A stretch of 64,000 nucleotides of DNA from an uncultured Chloroflexia bacterium (GCA_963847595.1 CAWKAJ010000002.1:1597914-1661913); one strand, 5' to 3'. Positions 9,148 through 18,533 are shown, counted from the first letter of the stretch. Numbers and translations: made by a program. Notes: generated by a model from the letters alone, not told the origin.

Positions 9148-10155
9148 CTAGCTGCTCACGCTGAAATAGACTGTTATTGAATCTGTTTCTCCGGAGAGAA
9201 CATCCTGGAATGCCAGATCAGCTTTGTATTGTCCCACGGGAGCGCCCGGCAGCAGGTCTATGTACAAGGCGCCCCAGAGATAGTTGGGGACTGTGTCCAG
9301 TTGCGTTCGGTGAAAGTCAACCGGACTCGTCCCGCTCATGTAAAGCTGCCCATCGGGGCCATATACTTTAACATCGGTTACTCTGTACCAGACTTCGTAT
9401 GTACCGTTAGAAGCGTTCCATGAAAGGTCTGACGCCTCAAAGTAAATCCAGGCCCTCTCCCCCGGGGCAAAAATGGCATCAGGCCTAATCGTATAGTCTC
9501 TGTCTCCGCGCACATCTGAGCATATTTTGACGTTACCTATTTGAAAAGCAGAGGGCGTTGAAGGAGTGCCTCCTGGAGTGGCGCCGGACCACTCCCCTGC
9601 GTTCACTGTCACTGTTGCCCCTTGGGCGGTGAACCAGACAGTACCCTCATCACAATGGATAATGGTGAAGCCATTAACGCCGACATAGGAGTTAAAAGCA
9701 GTCCCCCGCACCACAGCCGAGCCTGCCGGTGTGTCCACTTCATAGCTGGACCCTGAATTGACAAGTTTTTGCACGCGGTTGACAGTATTACCTACAAACT
9801 GCTTCAAATGGATGGAGGTTGAACCCGTGTGAGGGTCAAGAGCCAGCTCATTTAGAAGGATCTCAGAATCGGCCCCGACTTCTACTACGCTTCCTTCAAA
9901 GAAAACAATTTCAGCTGTACTGTTCCCACCGGTTTTGAGGCTGTCACCCTCAAAGACTTTCATGCCGGAAACGGCTTGAATCCAGGTGGTGGAGCCCTGC
10001 TTCTGTACCAGTACCTCTCCGACAGGGGATGATATGGTGCCAGCAGCCGTAGCAGTTGCTTTGTGATTTCCCAATAACACCAACACCAGTGCAACTATGA
10101 TGGCTACCGCCAGTAAAGAGCCCGTCGATATTAAGAGCTTTCGGTGCTTACGCAT
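9148..10155 (-). CDS. Membrane-anchored FecR-like domain protein, paralog of the N-terminal half of 5137..6948
   Basis: N-terminal TM helix, then [45 protein letters not shown], collinear with the 603-aa protein. Confidence 0.55.
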   Translation of the reverse strand: MRKHRKLLISTGSLLAVAIIVALVLVLLGNHKATATAAGTISSPVGEVLVQKQGSTTWIQAVSGMKVFEGDSLKTGGNSTAEIVFFEGSVVEVGADSEILLNELALDPHTGSTSIHLKQFVGNTVNRVQKLVNSGSSYEVDTPAGSAVVRGTAFNSYVGVNGFTIIHCDEGTVWFTAQGATVTVNAGEWSGATPGGTPSTPSAFQIGNVKICSDVRGDRDYTIRPDAIFAPGERAWIYFEASDLSWNASNGTYEVWYRVTDVKVYGPDGQLYMSGTSPVDFHRTQLDTVPNYLWGALYIDLLPGAPVGQYKADLAFQDVLSGETDSITVYFSVSS

Positions 10156-10197
10156 TAACTTACCCCCTCGCTCGATATGGTTTGCACAAGAAGACTA

Positions 10198-11214
10198 TCA
10201 ATCCGGTCTACGTCTCCTAAACCACCCAAGGATCAGGAAAACAAACAAAGCCACAAATAACATTCCGCCTATTATCTCGCCTACCATGGCCCAGGGAACC
10301 GCAGCGGCTCCGGGTGCTGGGGTCGGGGCAGGTGTCGGACTCGCTGTCGGCGTTGGTGCAGGCGTAGGCGTTGGTGCTGGCGTGGGCGTTGGGGTAGGCG
10401 TCGCCGTTGGCATGGGTAGCGGTAAATATCCACCACTACCTATCCCGCCTATAATGCCCCAGGTGACCGCGAGTTCCCCCCCTGCAGGGATCGGAGTCGG
10501 CGCAGGCGTTGCTGCCGGCGTAGGCGTTGGTGCCGGCGTGGGCGTTGGTGCTGGCGTGGGCGTTGGTGCCGGCGTGGGTATGGGCGCAAGGCCTAGCGTC
10601 TGTCCCTCCGAGGTCAACTGGACGACTACGATGGTTACAGTCAGGGTATAACTCTGGCCCTGGGGCACTATTTGTCCGGGTTCGGTGCCAACGCCTATGG
10701 ACAGGGCGCCAACCACCTCTTGACCAGCATCTATAGTCTGGTTCAGGTCTATTCCACTAAGTGTGGCAGTCAGCACCGATGTATCAGGGTTCTGAATATC
10801 TATGGACTGGACAATGCCGGGAGTATTCTCTTGATTGCTCAGTCCGAAGAAAACAGTCGGATAGTAGCCAGGATAGGCATTGCTAAGAGTAATGCTAATG
10901 GTGTCCGCGTTCTCGTCGATTGAGGCGGTCGTTGCTGCCACGTTACCGCTAAACCTTCCACAGGCGACACCTGGTGTCTGTGCCTGATAAGGGTCGTTAC
11001 CATTATCGCCGAGGTCAATTCCACTGGGATATTCAGCCGACGTTCCGATGTGGTTGTTATCATTTGATTCCACCCAGGAGAAGGTGCAGAGGCTATTACC
11101 GCCCGGATCAGGGCTGCCGTTGGCATAGGTGATGCCGATAGCTCCCAGTGCTATCAGTGACACTATCAGGACTAACAACGCCAGCCCTAACTTGTCTCTT
11201 TTTTCCGTTATCAT
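10198..11214 (-). CDS. Secreted TasA-like protein with SipW-cognate-type signal peptide, two (PT/PA)n linkers and a C-terminal TM anchor with RRRRPD tail
   Basis: N-terminus [24 protein letters not shown] resembles the TasA signal (LGLALVGGGTWAAF). Core motif [17 protein letters not shown] is shared with the next two genes. Confidence 0.5.
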   Translation of the reverse strand: MITEKRDKLGLALLVLIVSLIALGAIGITYANGSPDPGGNSLCTFSWVESNDNNHIGTSAEYPSGIDLGDNGNDPYQAQTPGVACGRFSGNVAATTASIDENADTISITLSNAYPGYYPTVFFGLSNQENTPGIVQSIDIQNPDTSVLTATLSGIDLNQTIDAGQEVVGALSIGVGTEPGQIVPQGQSYTLTVTIVVVQLTSEGQTLGLAPIPTPAPTPTPAPTPTPAPTPTPAATPAPTPIPAGGELAVTWGIIGGIGSGGYLPLPMPTATPTPTPTPAPTPTPAPTPTASPTPAPTPAPGAAAVPWAMVGEIIGGMLFVALFVFLILGWFRRRRPD

Positions 11215-11261
11215 TACTCTATCCTATCCGCCAGCAGCGGGCTCGTTAACCAGATTCCCCA

Positions 11262-12137
11262 TTATGGTACAGCCGTAACGGTATAAGTAATCGTTACCAC
11301 ATAATTTTGGATGCAATCCTGATGGAAAGTGATTGAACCAAATACCTCCTGGCCAGGAGTAACGGTGGCCTGGCTAGCAAAGATACCACCAAGAGTGATC
11401 TTCAAGTCATCAGAGTATGGCGTATAGGAACAGTTGACAGTTACCTTAAGATTGACGCTTCCAGTGTTCTTAATAGTGCAACCAACCGAACTGTAATATC
11501 CTTCATAGGGATTTGTCAGAGTGACAGTCAACTGCTGCGTCCCTGCGCCAGTCACAGTAGTCTGAGCGTCATTGCTGTGACTCCTTGTTCCACTCCAATT
11601 CGAGGATGTTAAGGTGCCGCCGGTCCAGTTCCAGGTGCCCGCTGATGACGGGTCAAGGCTATTATCATGAGTACCGTCGTCATTCGTCACTGCCTGCTGG
11701 CACTGTGCCTGAGGGGTAGTGAACGTTTGATCTTGACCGTACACCGTAAAGAATCCCACTCCTTTGGCTCGGAAGTGATATTTAGTACCGCTTTGTAAAT
11801 TGCTCAGGGCAGCCGTAAAGGCTTTTGGAACGGCTCCGTTCCAAGATGATGGATTCCCTGCCACAGTACCGAGATTATAAATGGGATAATGAGCAGCATC
11901 ACCATATTCAAAGGATACGGTAACACCGCTATTGCCAGGACCCAGGCTATTCAGACTCCCATTAAGAGTAGCTGAAGTAGCGGTTACACTGCTTGCAACA
12001 TTAGTGGTCACTCCTGGGGCTGCGGCAATAGACACAGTCGCTGAAATATGCAAGGGCTGTGACCACCTGGCGTAGCTCACGCCCAGTATTCCCATAGCCA
12101 ACAATAAGACCAGGCAAATCAAGCCCAGTTTCTTCAT
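11262..12137 (-). CDS. Secreted TasA-like protein with SipW-cognate-type signal peptide (paralog)
   Basis: MKKLGLICLVLLLAMGILGVSYARWSQ. Motif TNPYEGYYSSVGCTIKN. Thr/Gly/Ser-rich, beta-rich. Confidence 0.5.
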   Translation of the reverse strand: MKKLGLICLVLLLAMGILGVSYARWSQPLHISATVSIAAAPGVTTNVASSVTATSATLNGSLNSLGPGNSGVTVSFEYGDAAHYPIYNLGTVAGNPSSWNGAVPKAFTAALSNLQSGTKYHFRAKGVGFFTVYGQDQTFTTPQAQCQQAVTNDDGTHDNSLDPSSAGTWNWTGGTLTSSNWSGTRSHSNDAQTTVTGAGTQQLTVTLTNPYEGYYSSVGCTIKNTGSVNLKVTVNCSYTPYSDDLKITLGGIFASQATVTPGQEVFGSITFHQDCIQNYVVTITYTVTAVP

Positions 12138-12194
12138 CTGTTTTCCCTTGTTGCCTTAATTACCATTCGGTCTTTAATCTCCACGGCTAATCTG

Positions 12195-12285
12195 CTTTAA
12201 GGGGGTGGGGTTACCAAACCCCGCGCCCTTAAAAGAAACTAACCCTGGCGGGGGTGGGGTGAAAACCCCACCCCCTACAAAACCA
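12195..12285 (-). terminator. GC-rich tandem hairpins between TasA-like paralogs (terminator or attenuator)
   Basis: On the minus strand: gggggtggggttttcaccccaccccc and ggggtttggtaaccccacccc. Confidence 0.3.
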
Positions 12286-12293
12286 ATCTTAAT

Positions 12294-12914
12294 TTACTGG
12301 TTCTGGCTAGCAGTAACGGTGAATGTAACTGTATAGCTTCCACCCGTTTTCGGCGGGTCTGATGAGGCTCCACCGTTGGTGCCAACACCGATAGTGATTG
12401 TGCCGACAGCAGACGCGCCAACGGCAATAGGAACGGGTCCGGCGGCTAGAGAACCGGTGACCGCTACAGCGAGGTCTGTCGTGGCTCCGCCACCTGAATT
12501 AACCTGCGTCTGCGGCCCACTTGCAACAACCTTTATTGGGACACTGCCGGTATTCGCAACCTGGACGGCAACTGACCCAAAATAGCCGGGATAGGCATTG
12601 TTGATGGTGACAGTCAGAGTGTCACCAGTGACCGTGGTGGTCGTTATGGCGACCGTTGTGTTCCCTACATTTGTGCTTGCCCTCGTCCCGCTGTCCCAGA
12701 CACCACCGCTCCATGAGCCTGCACTACTTGGGTCAAGGATATTACCAGGAGTACCGTCGTCATTGGATACTGCCGACGCGAACTTCGCGCCGAATGTTCC
12801 GGTGTTGACGTTAGCCGTAACATTCAACGACTGGCTCCACGCGGCGTAGCCCACGCCCAGCGCGCCCAGCGCCAGGACTACCACCAGGACTATGAGACCA
12901 ACTTTTTTGTTCAT
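12294..12914 (-). CDS. Secreted TasA-like protein with SipW-cognate-type signal peptide (paralog, 206 aa)
   Basis: MNKKVGLIVLVVVLALGALGVGYAAWSQ. Motif NNAYPGYFGSVAVQVAN. Confidence 0.5.
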   Translation of the reverse strand: MNKKVGLIVLVVVLALGALGVGYAAWSQSLNVTANVNTGTFGAKFASAVSNDDGTPGNILDPSSAGSWSGGVWDSGTRASTNVGNTTVAITTTTVTGDTLTVTINNAYPGYFGSVAVQVANTGSVPIKVVASGPQTQVNSGGGATTDLAVAVTGSLAAGPVPIAVGASAVGTITIGVGTNGGASSDPPKTGGSYTVTFTVTASQNQ

Positions 12915-13793
12915 TTTGTTTCCTCTCCTGTTTTATCTTCGTTTTTTGTCTCTGGATATATTCCCGTTTTTGTTTCTAATTTTTGGTTTCACCCTCCGAT
13001 GCCGACTCATGGGGGCCCCCTTCCACCGATGCTGTGGAAGACCGACCAGGGCTCGCTAGCACCGTGCTCCAAGCCAGGTGTTTTTATCTCCAGAACTAAC
13101 TTCTCATCACCCATAGGAATCATCCCTTTCTCAACTCAGGAATATTTCACGTGGAGAAATCCCTTTTACAAAAGAAAGACCGACCTAAGAAGGTCGGTTT
13201 CACCATTCGCTCGCCGCTGCTTAGGTGACCAAATACAAGCAACGGTTCCCTGCCACCTGTTAATTGCGAGGACGATATGCAGTTTTGGGGTCGTTTGGGG
13301 ACGAATCGACCCGCCAAAATGCAAGCCCCCAGATCTAGTTGCTATCGATATTAAGCTGCTCACCTCCTGCCGCGTAGCGCCTGCTTCCCTGAGGTTCCTC
13401 TGCCGCTCAGCCAGTGATGCCTCTGGGATGGCCTTGTACTAGTGCACAGGCCAGAGATAATTCGGAGCTGAATTCAATCCTCCTTGGTGTAATGCTTCAG
13501 CCATTGCCCCAACAGGTCTCTGGCATTGGAGCAACACAAATACCATGCCCTTTAGTATAGAATATCCTTGGGGAATTAATTACTCGGATATCCCCCCCTT
13601 TTTTGGCAAAAAACACCCCATTTATTGTCATGCATAATCGTCATGCTCTCCGCAAGTAATTTTGCGCCTTCACTCAATGTATGCCCTGAAAAATATAGCA
13701 GGGAAACCTTCGAGGACTGGCGTGTCAAACCCGAACTTTACGACTAGCGGAGAAGAGGCAAGAGCAGTTTCGCACAGTTGACGGTATGGACAC

Positions 13794-13882
13794 CACGGAT
13801 CTCAGCAGACGGATGTCACATATCTGTAATAAGCATAATCGGAACGTGCTCGATGTCGCTAAATCTCCGAAACAAATACAAA
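13794..13882. repeat. About 90-bp direct repeat, copy 1 (copy 2 at 17225..17315)
   Basis: ccacggatctcagcag..acatatctgtaataagcataatcggaacgtgctcgatgtcgctaaatctccgaaacaaatacaaa matches 17225..17315 with few mismatches. Confidence 0.5.
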
Positions 13883-13934
13883 TGCATGTAGGTATTACTG
13901 CTGACCGTCACAGTTAGTGGAATAGGCCTGGACC

Positions 13935-14133
13935 AGATTATGCATGTCTGCCAAGGAGGCCGTCGGCGCCCTGTCAATACGCGTCGGTACCAAACCTGGA
14001 CAAATAGTGCCCCAGGGCAATAGTTATACTGCGAGTGTAACCATCGTAGTCATCCAGTGTACCCAAAGCGGACACACGCTAGTCGTCGGTGCCACCTCCC
14101 TGCCCGCCCCGGCTATTACCTGACAGCTCGAAC
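13935..14133 (+). pseudogene. Inverted C-terminal fragment of a TasA-like gene (paralog of 10198..11214)
   Basis: Translates to [34 protein letters not shown], versus [34 protein letters not shown] in the 338-aa protein. No N-terminal part. No ORF called in the tract. Confidence 0.5.
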
Positions 14134-14385
14134 GGTGCTATGGCCGGCACACTGACCAAGAGCGGCAGCTATAACCTCACTGTCCAAGTGAAGATAGCGC
14201 TGGCGGCAGGGCGATAGCGAACCTCTCAATTAAGACCAATTAGGCCGCATTCGCGGTTGATTCTATCTCGCAAAATGGTATAATAAACGAACAGAACTGT
14301 CGCCTGAAAAAATTCTCACGAAGCGTATTGATTTCGCCTTCTCTCTTGACGTATTTTGCCCCCTCATCTTAAACTGTTCTAGCCA

Positions 14386-15573
14386 TTGCAAGAGTTCGTG
14401 GTGGAGCTTATATATATGAGCAGCGCTATCACTTGCGGCTTGGTTGGTGCAATTTACGTCGTCATAAACGTTTTACTCCCCCATATCGCCATTGACACAC
14501 TCATCAAGGCTTATGTATTCCAGCCGTTGCTGTGGGGACTCCTTATCCTGGCCATCCGTTTACTGCCGGGCTACAGGCCACTGGCGAAAATCAAGGCTAG
14601 GGGCACGTTCATCCAGGTGGCCCTAGGGATTGCTTTCGTAGAGGTACTCCTTAATGTCATTAGCGGACTGTTTTCTAGCTTCGGCAAGAACCCGGCGTCC
14701 CTCACCACGTTGGGCATCACTGAGAACCTGTTTTTTGTGGGCTCAATGCTGGTCGCCATGGAGCTGAGCCGGGCATCGCTGGTCACGCGCCTGGGAAAGC
14801 GGCACAGCTTTCTAGCGTTGGCTTTTGTGACTCTGCTCTATACTTTTATTGCCATCCCATTAAGCCAGATTACCAGCTTCAAGCTGCAAATTGGATCAAC
14901 CAACTTGGTGATTTCCACCTGGTTGCCCCTACTGGCGGAGAGCTTGCTGGCGTCATTTCTCGCCTTCATAGCCGGAGCGCGCGCCTCGCTGGCTTACCGC
15001 AGCCTGTTGGCAGCTTTCTGGTGGTTCTGTCCTATCCTCCCTAACGCGACCTGGGCGCTCAAAGGACTTATCGGCGTCGTCGTGCCAATCGTGGGGATAG
15101 TAGTTGTAAGCAGGTTTTATTCGGCACAAGCCAATCGAGGCAAAGCTAGGCGGCGGGCAAGCAAAGCTTCCTTCCCTGCTGGTTGGATTACTGTCATGCT
15201 GGTAGCTGTGGTAATCGTCTGGTTCTCGGTGGGAGTTTTTCCGTTTCAGCCATGGGTCGTGGGCAGCGGCAGCATGACTCCCGTGCTGCGGACCGGCGAC
15301 GTTGTCATTGTCGATAAGGTGTCGGCGGATGCCATCAAGGTGGGTGATATTGTCGAGTACCGGGAAGCTGGACACAGTGACATAGTTCACCGAGTAATAA
15401 GCATTGAGCAGACAGGACAAGCGAAATCGTTCATAACCAAGGGTGACGCCAACACTCTGCCCGATGCAAACCCGGTCATGGCGGCAAATGTGATAGGGAA
15501 GGTTGTGTTCACTATACCTAAGGTTGGCTGGATTGCTCTTGGCATAAAGAAGCTATTGACAACGAGGACATGA
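14386..15573 (+). CDS. Signal peptidase I of the SipW/ER type (S26 family), fused to an N-terminal polytopic membrane domain of about 290 aa
   Basis: C-terminal GSGSMTPVLRTGDVVIVDKV..DIVHRV..TKGDAN has Ser and His catalytic motifs. The N-terminal region is very hydrophobic with multiple TM helices. Confidence 0.6.
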   Translation: MQEFVVELIYMSSAITCGLVGAIYVVINVLLPHIAIDTLIKAYVFQPLLWGLLILAIRLLPGYRPLAKIKARGTFIQVALGIAFVEVLLNVISGLFSSFGKNPASLTTLGITENLFFVGSMLVAMELSRASLVTRLGKRHSFLALAFVTLLYTFIAIPLSQITSFKLQIGSTNLVISTWLPLLAESLLASFLAFIAGARASLAYRSLLAAFWWFCPILPNATWALKGLIGVVVPIVGIVVVSRFYSAQANRGKARRRASKASFPAGWITVMLVAVVIVWFSVGVFPFQPWVVGSGSMTPVLRTGDVVIVDKVSADAIKVGDIVEYREAGHSDIVHRVISIEQTGQAKSFITKGDANTLPDANPVMAANVIGKVVFTIPKVGWIALGIKKLLTTRT

Positions 15574-17153
15574 GTGGTAGACTTAAACCTAAAACGATTG
15601 CTTCAGGTAATAAAGGAGGCCCAACTCCAGTGAGAAGGTACCTTCTTCTTGTGGTCAGCGCAGTCCTGCTATTTGTGTCACTAGCTGGCGTACTGGCTAC
15701 GAACGGCATACCCACCCAGATAAAGAAAGAGGCGGCGCTGGTCAATTATGAGCATGAAGGCACATTTGATTATCTGATACACTTAAAGCCCTCTGCGCTG
15801 TACGGTTCTGCGCCTACGTCATCATACCCGGCAGCGATTGTTGGCTCGCTTGATTTCACCTTCAGCTATAACCCGGTGGAGAGCGTACCAGAGTCGGCTT
15901 CAGTAGATGCCATCCTGGAAAATCCGGGCATCTGGCAAAAGAAGATTGTACTGGTGCCAGAAACGACTACCACGGGGAATTTCACTTGTAGTTTTTCCCT
16001 CGACATAGACCAGATTATAAAGCTATTTGACGATACTGAGAGTGAGCTCAACATTCCTTCTTCGGAGCGCTACTTATCTATCGAGGCTGATGTTACAAAT
16101 TCGAGTGGGGTCTTTACCCAAAGCCTGCCCATCACGCTAACCGATACAGTGATTGACGTGAGCAACGGCCTGAGCTACAGGCAGTTTTCGGGAACTGGCA
16201 GCTTCCAATATATTGTGAACCTGAAGCCAAACTCGACCTTCGATACCTCAACCCTCGAGCCGCCACAAGCCGCAGATAATGCATCCCCCACTCTTGGGCC
16301 GGGACAGACAGTGTTCTCCCAGCTTGTTGATGGCATGGATGCGTCCTTCCAATATGCGTTTAACGCCGATAAGCCCGTTGCGAATGTGACCACGGATACA
16401 CAGATAACAGCCAGCATAGACGTACCCAACTTCTGGTCGAGAACGTTCCCTGTGCTGAGCGTCAGTAAGGGCGGGAATTTCACCATCGATTTTCCTATCG
16501 ACCTGGCCGGTTATCTGAACTTGCTTGACGCCTTTAATGCTGAGACAGGCGTAGCATCTGCTTCCTCGGAGGTAGCTGTTGACGCTCAGGTCCATACCGT
16601 TGGGCAAAGCCAGTTCGGCCCGATAGATGAGACATACAGCCAAGAGATGAAGGGTACGATAACAGGAGGTGTCATCGAGTGGCAGACGGAATTGACCAAG
16701 ACCCAGACCGGTGCCACACAACAGGTCACGCTGGTTAGCAATGCCAGCAAATATTTGGGGCTTTCCGTCAATAGGGCAAAGACTCTGACCAGGGCTCTGA
16801 CAGCAATATTCCTTCTCTTCCTTGTGGTCTCCTTAATACTGTATTTTAGATCCAGACGTGCGCTGCGCCCCCCCATAAATATGGAAGCGTTGCAAATCCA
16901 GAAAAAGTACAGGCAGAGGATTGCTGAAGCGACAAGTCAAACGCCGTCAGAAAACGGGGCTCTGATAAATTTGGGCTCTATGGAAAGCCTGATCAGCGTA
17001 GCCGATGAGCTGGGCAAACCGATAATCCACCAGGCACCAGGCACTCCTGAAGGACGACACGCTTACTATATATTGGATGGAACAATACGATACCAGTACC
17101 TGCCCTCTAGCGGCATTCTGGAACAGAACAACGATATGGAAGAGACTGGGTAG
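15570..17153 (+). CDS. Bitopic membrane protein with a large extracytoplasmic domain containing an internal duplication, translationally coupled to the signal peptidase
   Basis: Shares an atga start/stop overlap with the upstream gene. TM helices sit near both ends. Internal repeat: EGTFDYLIHLKPSALY versus TGSFQYIVNLKPNSTF. Confidence 0.45.
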   Translation: MSGRLKPKTIASGNKGGPTPVRRYLLLVVSAVLLFVSLAGVLATNGIPTQIKKEAALVNYEHEGTFDYLIHLKPSALYGSAPTSSYPAAIVGSLDFTFSYNPVESVPESASVDAILENPGIWQKKIVLVPETTTTGNFTCSFSLDIDQIIKLFDDTESELNIPSSERYLSIEADVTNSSGVFTQSLPITLTDTVIDVSNGLSYRQFSGTGSFQYIVNLKPNSTFDTSTLEPPQAADNASPTLGPGQTVFSQLVDGMDASFQYAFNADKPVANVTTDTQITASIDVPNFWSRTFPVLSVSKGGNFTIDFPIDLAGYLNLLDAFNAETGVASASSEVAVDAQVHTVGQSQFGPIDETYSQEMKGTITGGVIEWQTELTKTQTGATQQVTLVSNASKYLGLSVNRAKTLTRALTAIFLLFLVVSLILYFRSRRALRPPINMEALQIQKKYRQRIAEATSQTPSENGALINLGSMESLISVADELGKPIIHQAPGTPEGRHAYYILDGTIRYQYLPSSGILEQNNDMEETG

Positions 17154-17224
17154 CCCGCCTGAGCTTGTCAACCAATGGCTGGATTGTGGTCCTGTCTCCC
17201 GTAAATGTACGTCTGTAGTATATG

Positions 17225-17315
17225 CCACGGATCTTAGCAGGCAAAGGTTACATATCTGTAATAAGCATGATCGGAACGTACTAGATATCGCTGAATTCCC
17301 GAAACAAATACGAAC
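17225..17315. repeat. About 90-bp direct repeat, copy 2
   Basis: Matches 13794..13882. It overlaps the 3' end of the vWA-like reading frame. Confidence 0.5.
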
Positions 17316-17970
17316 TCGTTGGGGTTGCCGTCGGAGGCGAAGATGACTAAATCAGGGTGGTCTGGACGATTATTGGGCCCTGCCAAGTAATTGTATGCTG
17401 CGAGCAGTCCTTGCTCCCAGTTAGTAGATTGAGTGCCTGGTAATCTCGTTGCATCAATCGTTGTCTTAATCAAAGCCGCATTATTGGTGAAATCCAAACC
17501 AGGATGGGCAATGGTGCCGAAGTCCACCAGCGCGAACTCGGTAGGCGTGCCGGGGAGAAGGGCATCAACAAAACCATTGAACGCCGTCCGCATCTGATTG
17601 AGCTCGGCGTCGGAGTAGGCACTCTGTTTGCTACCGTCACAGTAATAGTGTCGATGTCATGCCAATCGTTAACGTTGCCCCTATATTGTGATCTTATACC
17701 ATACTGACCATCGGGCACGGTGGTCGTATCCCAGGGCACAGCATGAGGGCTTTGGCCTTGTCCCCCAACTGTTGTCCACGAACCACTGCTATCAAGTCTG
17801 TACTGGAATCGTTGGGTATTGTGAAGCGAGCCTTCGCTAATCTGTATAGTCCCGCTTACGGTAGCTCCATTGGTTGGCTGAGTAATATTTGCCGTGGCTG
17901 GCCCTGCAAGTGATAGCGCGGCCGTGGTCAATGCGACAAATAACCCAGGGATGCTGAAATTTAATCCCAT
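17234..17970 (-). pseudogene. Probable frameshifted secreted Ig-like plus vWA-domain gene
   Basis: The signal peptide and Ig-like module (ITQPTNGATVSGTIQI) run in one frame. The vWA-like C-terminus (DLVIFASDGNPN) lies in another frame from about 17600. Stops sit upstream of the second frame. Confidence 0.35.
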
Positions 17971-18125
17971 TTAATGCTTTGTCTGGAGAGCCTCCTTAAC
18001 CAAGGGCTTGGGGGTATTAGCCTGGGCCTGTGGAACAAAACTCTCTCTGGAGGCGTCTGTAATTAGTAGAGGGACGATAAGCGACAAGATGAACTATCCC
18101 AAAAGTCAGGGAAAGGAGAGCAGAA

Positions 18126-18533
18126 ATGAAAAGGGTCTTTTGGGTGATCTTCGGGCTTATCCTTGTGGCAGGTTTCGCTGTGGGAGCAGGGGCAGCATGC
18201 ACTGGGGGCAGCAACAATCTCAATGTAGACGATTCGTACTCGGGTAAACAGGTCGAGCTTTCGGTCGGCCAGTCGTTAGTAGTGACCTTGGATTCCAATG
18301 CCAGTACAGGTTACAGTTGGTCTCTGTCCCAGAATAGCGACGACAGTGTGTTGAATAATGCAGGAAACGAATATGTCGCTCCGCAAACCACTCTGGTAGG
18401 GGCGGGCGGCAAAGAAGAATGGACTTTCAAGGCGCTTAAGAAAGGCAATAGCACCATTTCTATGGGATATAGCCGCCCGTGGGAAAGTACACCGCCGGCC
18501 AAGACGTTCGATTTGACTGTGGTTGTTAAATAG
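18126..18533 (+). CDS. Chagasin-family peptidase inhibitor (I42) lipoprotein
   Basis: Signal peptide plus Cys, TGYSWSL motif, beta-rich, about 110-aa mature domain. Confidence 0.5.
   Translation: MKRVFWVIFGLILVAGFAVGAGAACTGGSNNLNVDDSYSGKQVELSVGQSLVVTLDSNASTGYSWSLSQNSDDSVLNNAGNEYVAPQTTLVGAGGKEEWTFKALKKGNSTISMGYSRPWESTPPAKTFDLTVVVK

Noticed and set aside
13260-13400. Possible tRNA, tmRNA or SRP RNA in the ORF-free tract (gggtcgattcgtcccc; ggaagcagg)
   Set aside because: No cloverleaf with a proper T-arm or acceptor stem could be built. Similarity to SRP domain IV is limited to a hexamer. It was kept only as part of the decayed-region finding.
12999-13442. 147-aa plus-strand ORF in the decayed tract
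   Set aside because: No RBS, Cys/Pro-rich low-complexity translation. Overlaps gene remnants.
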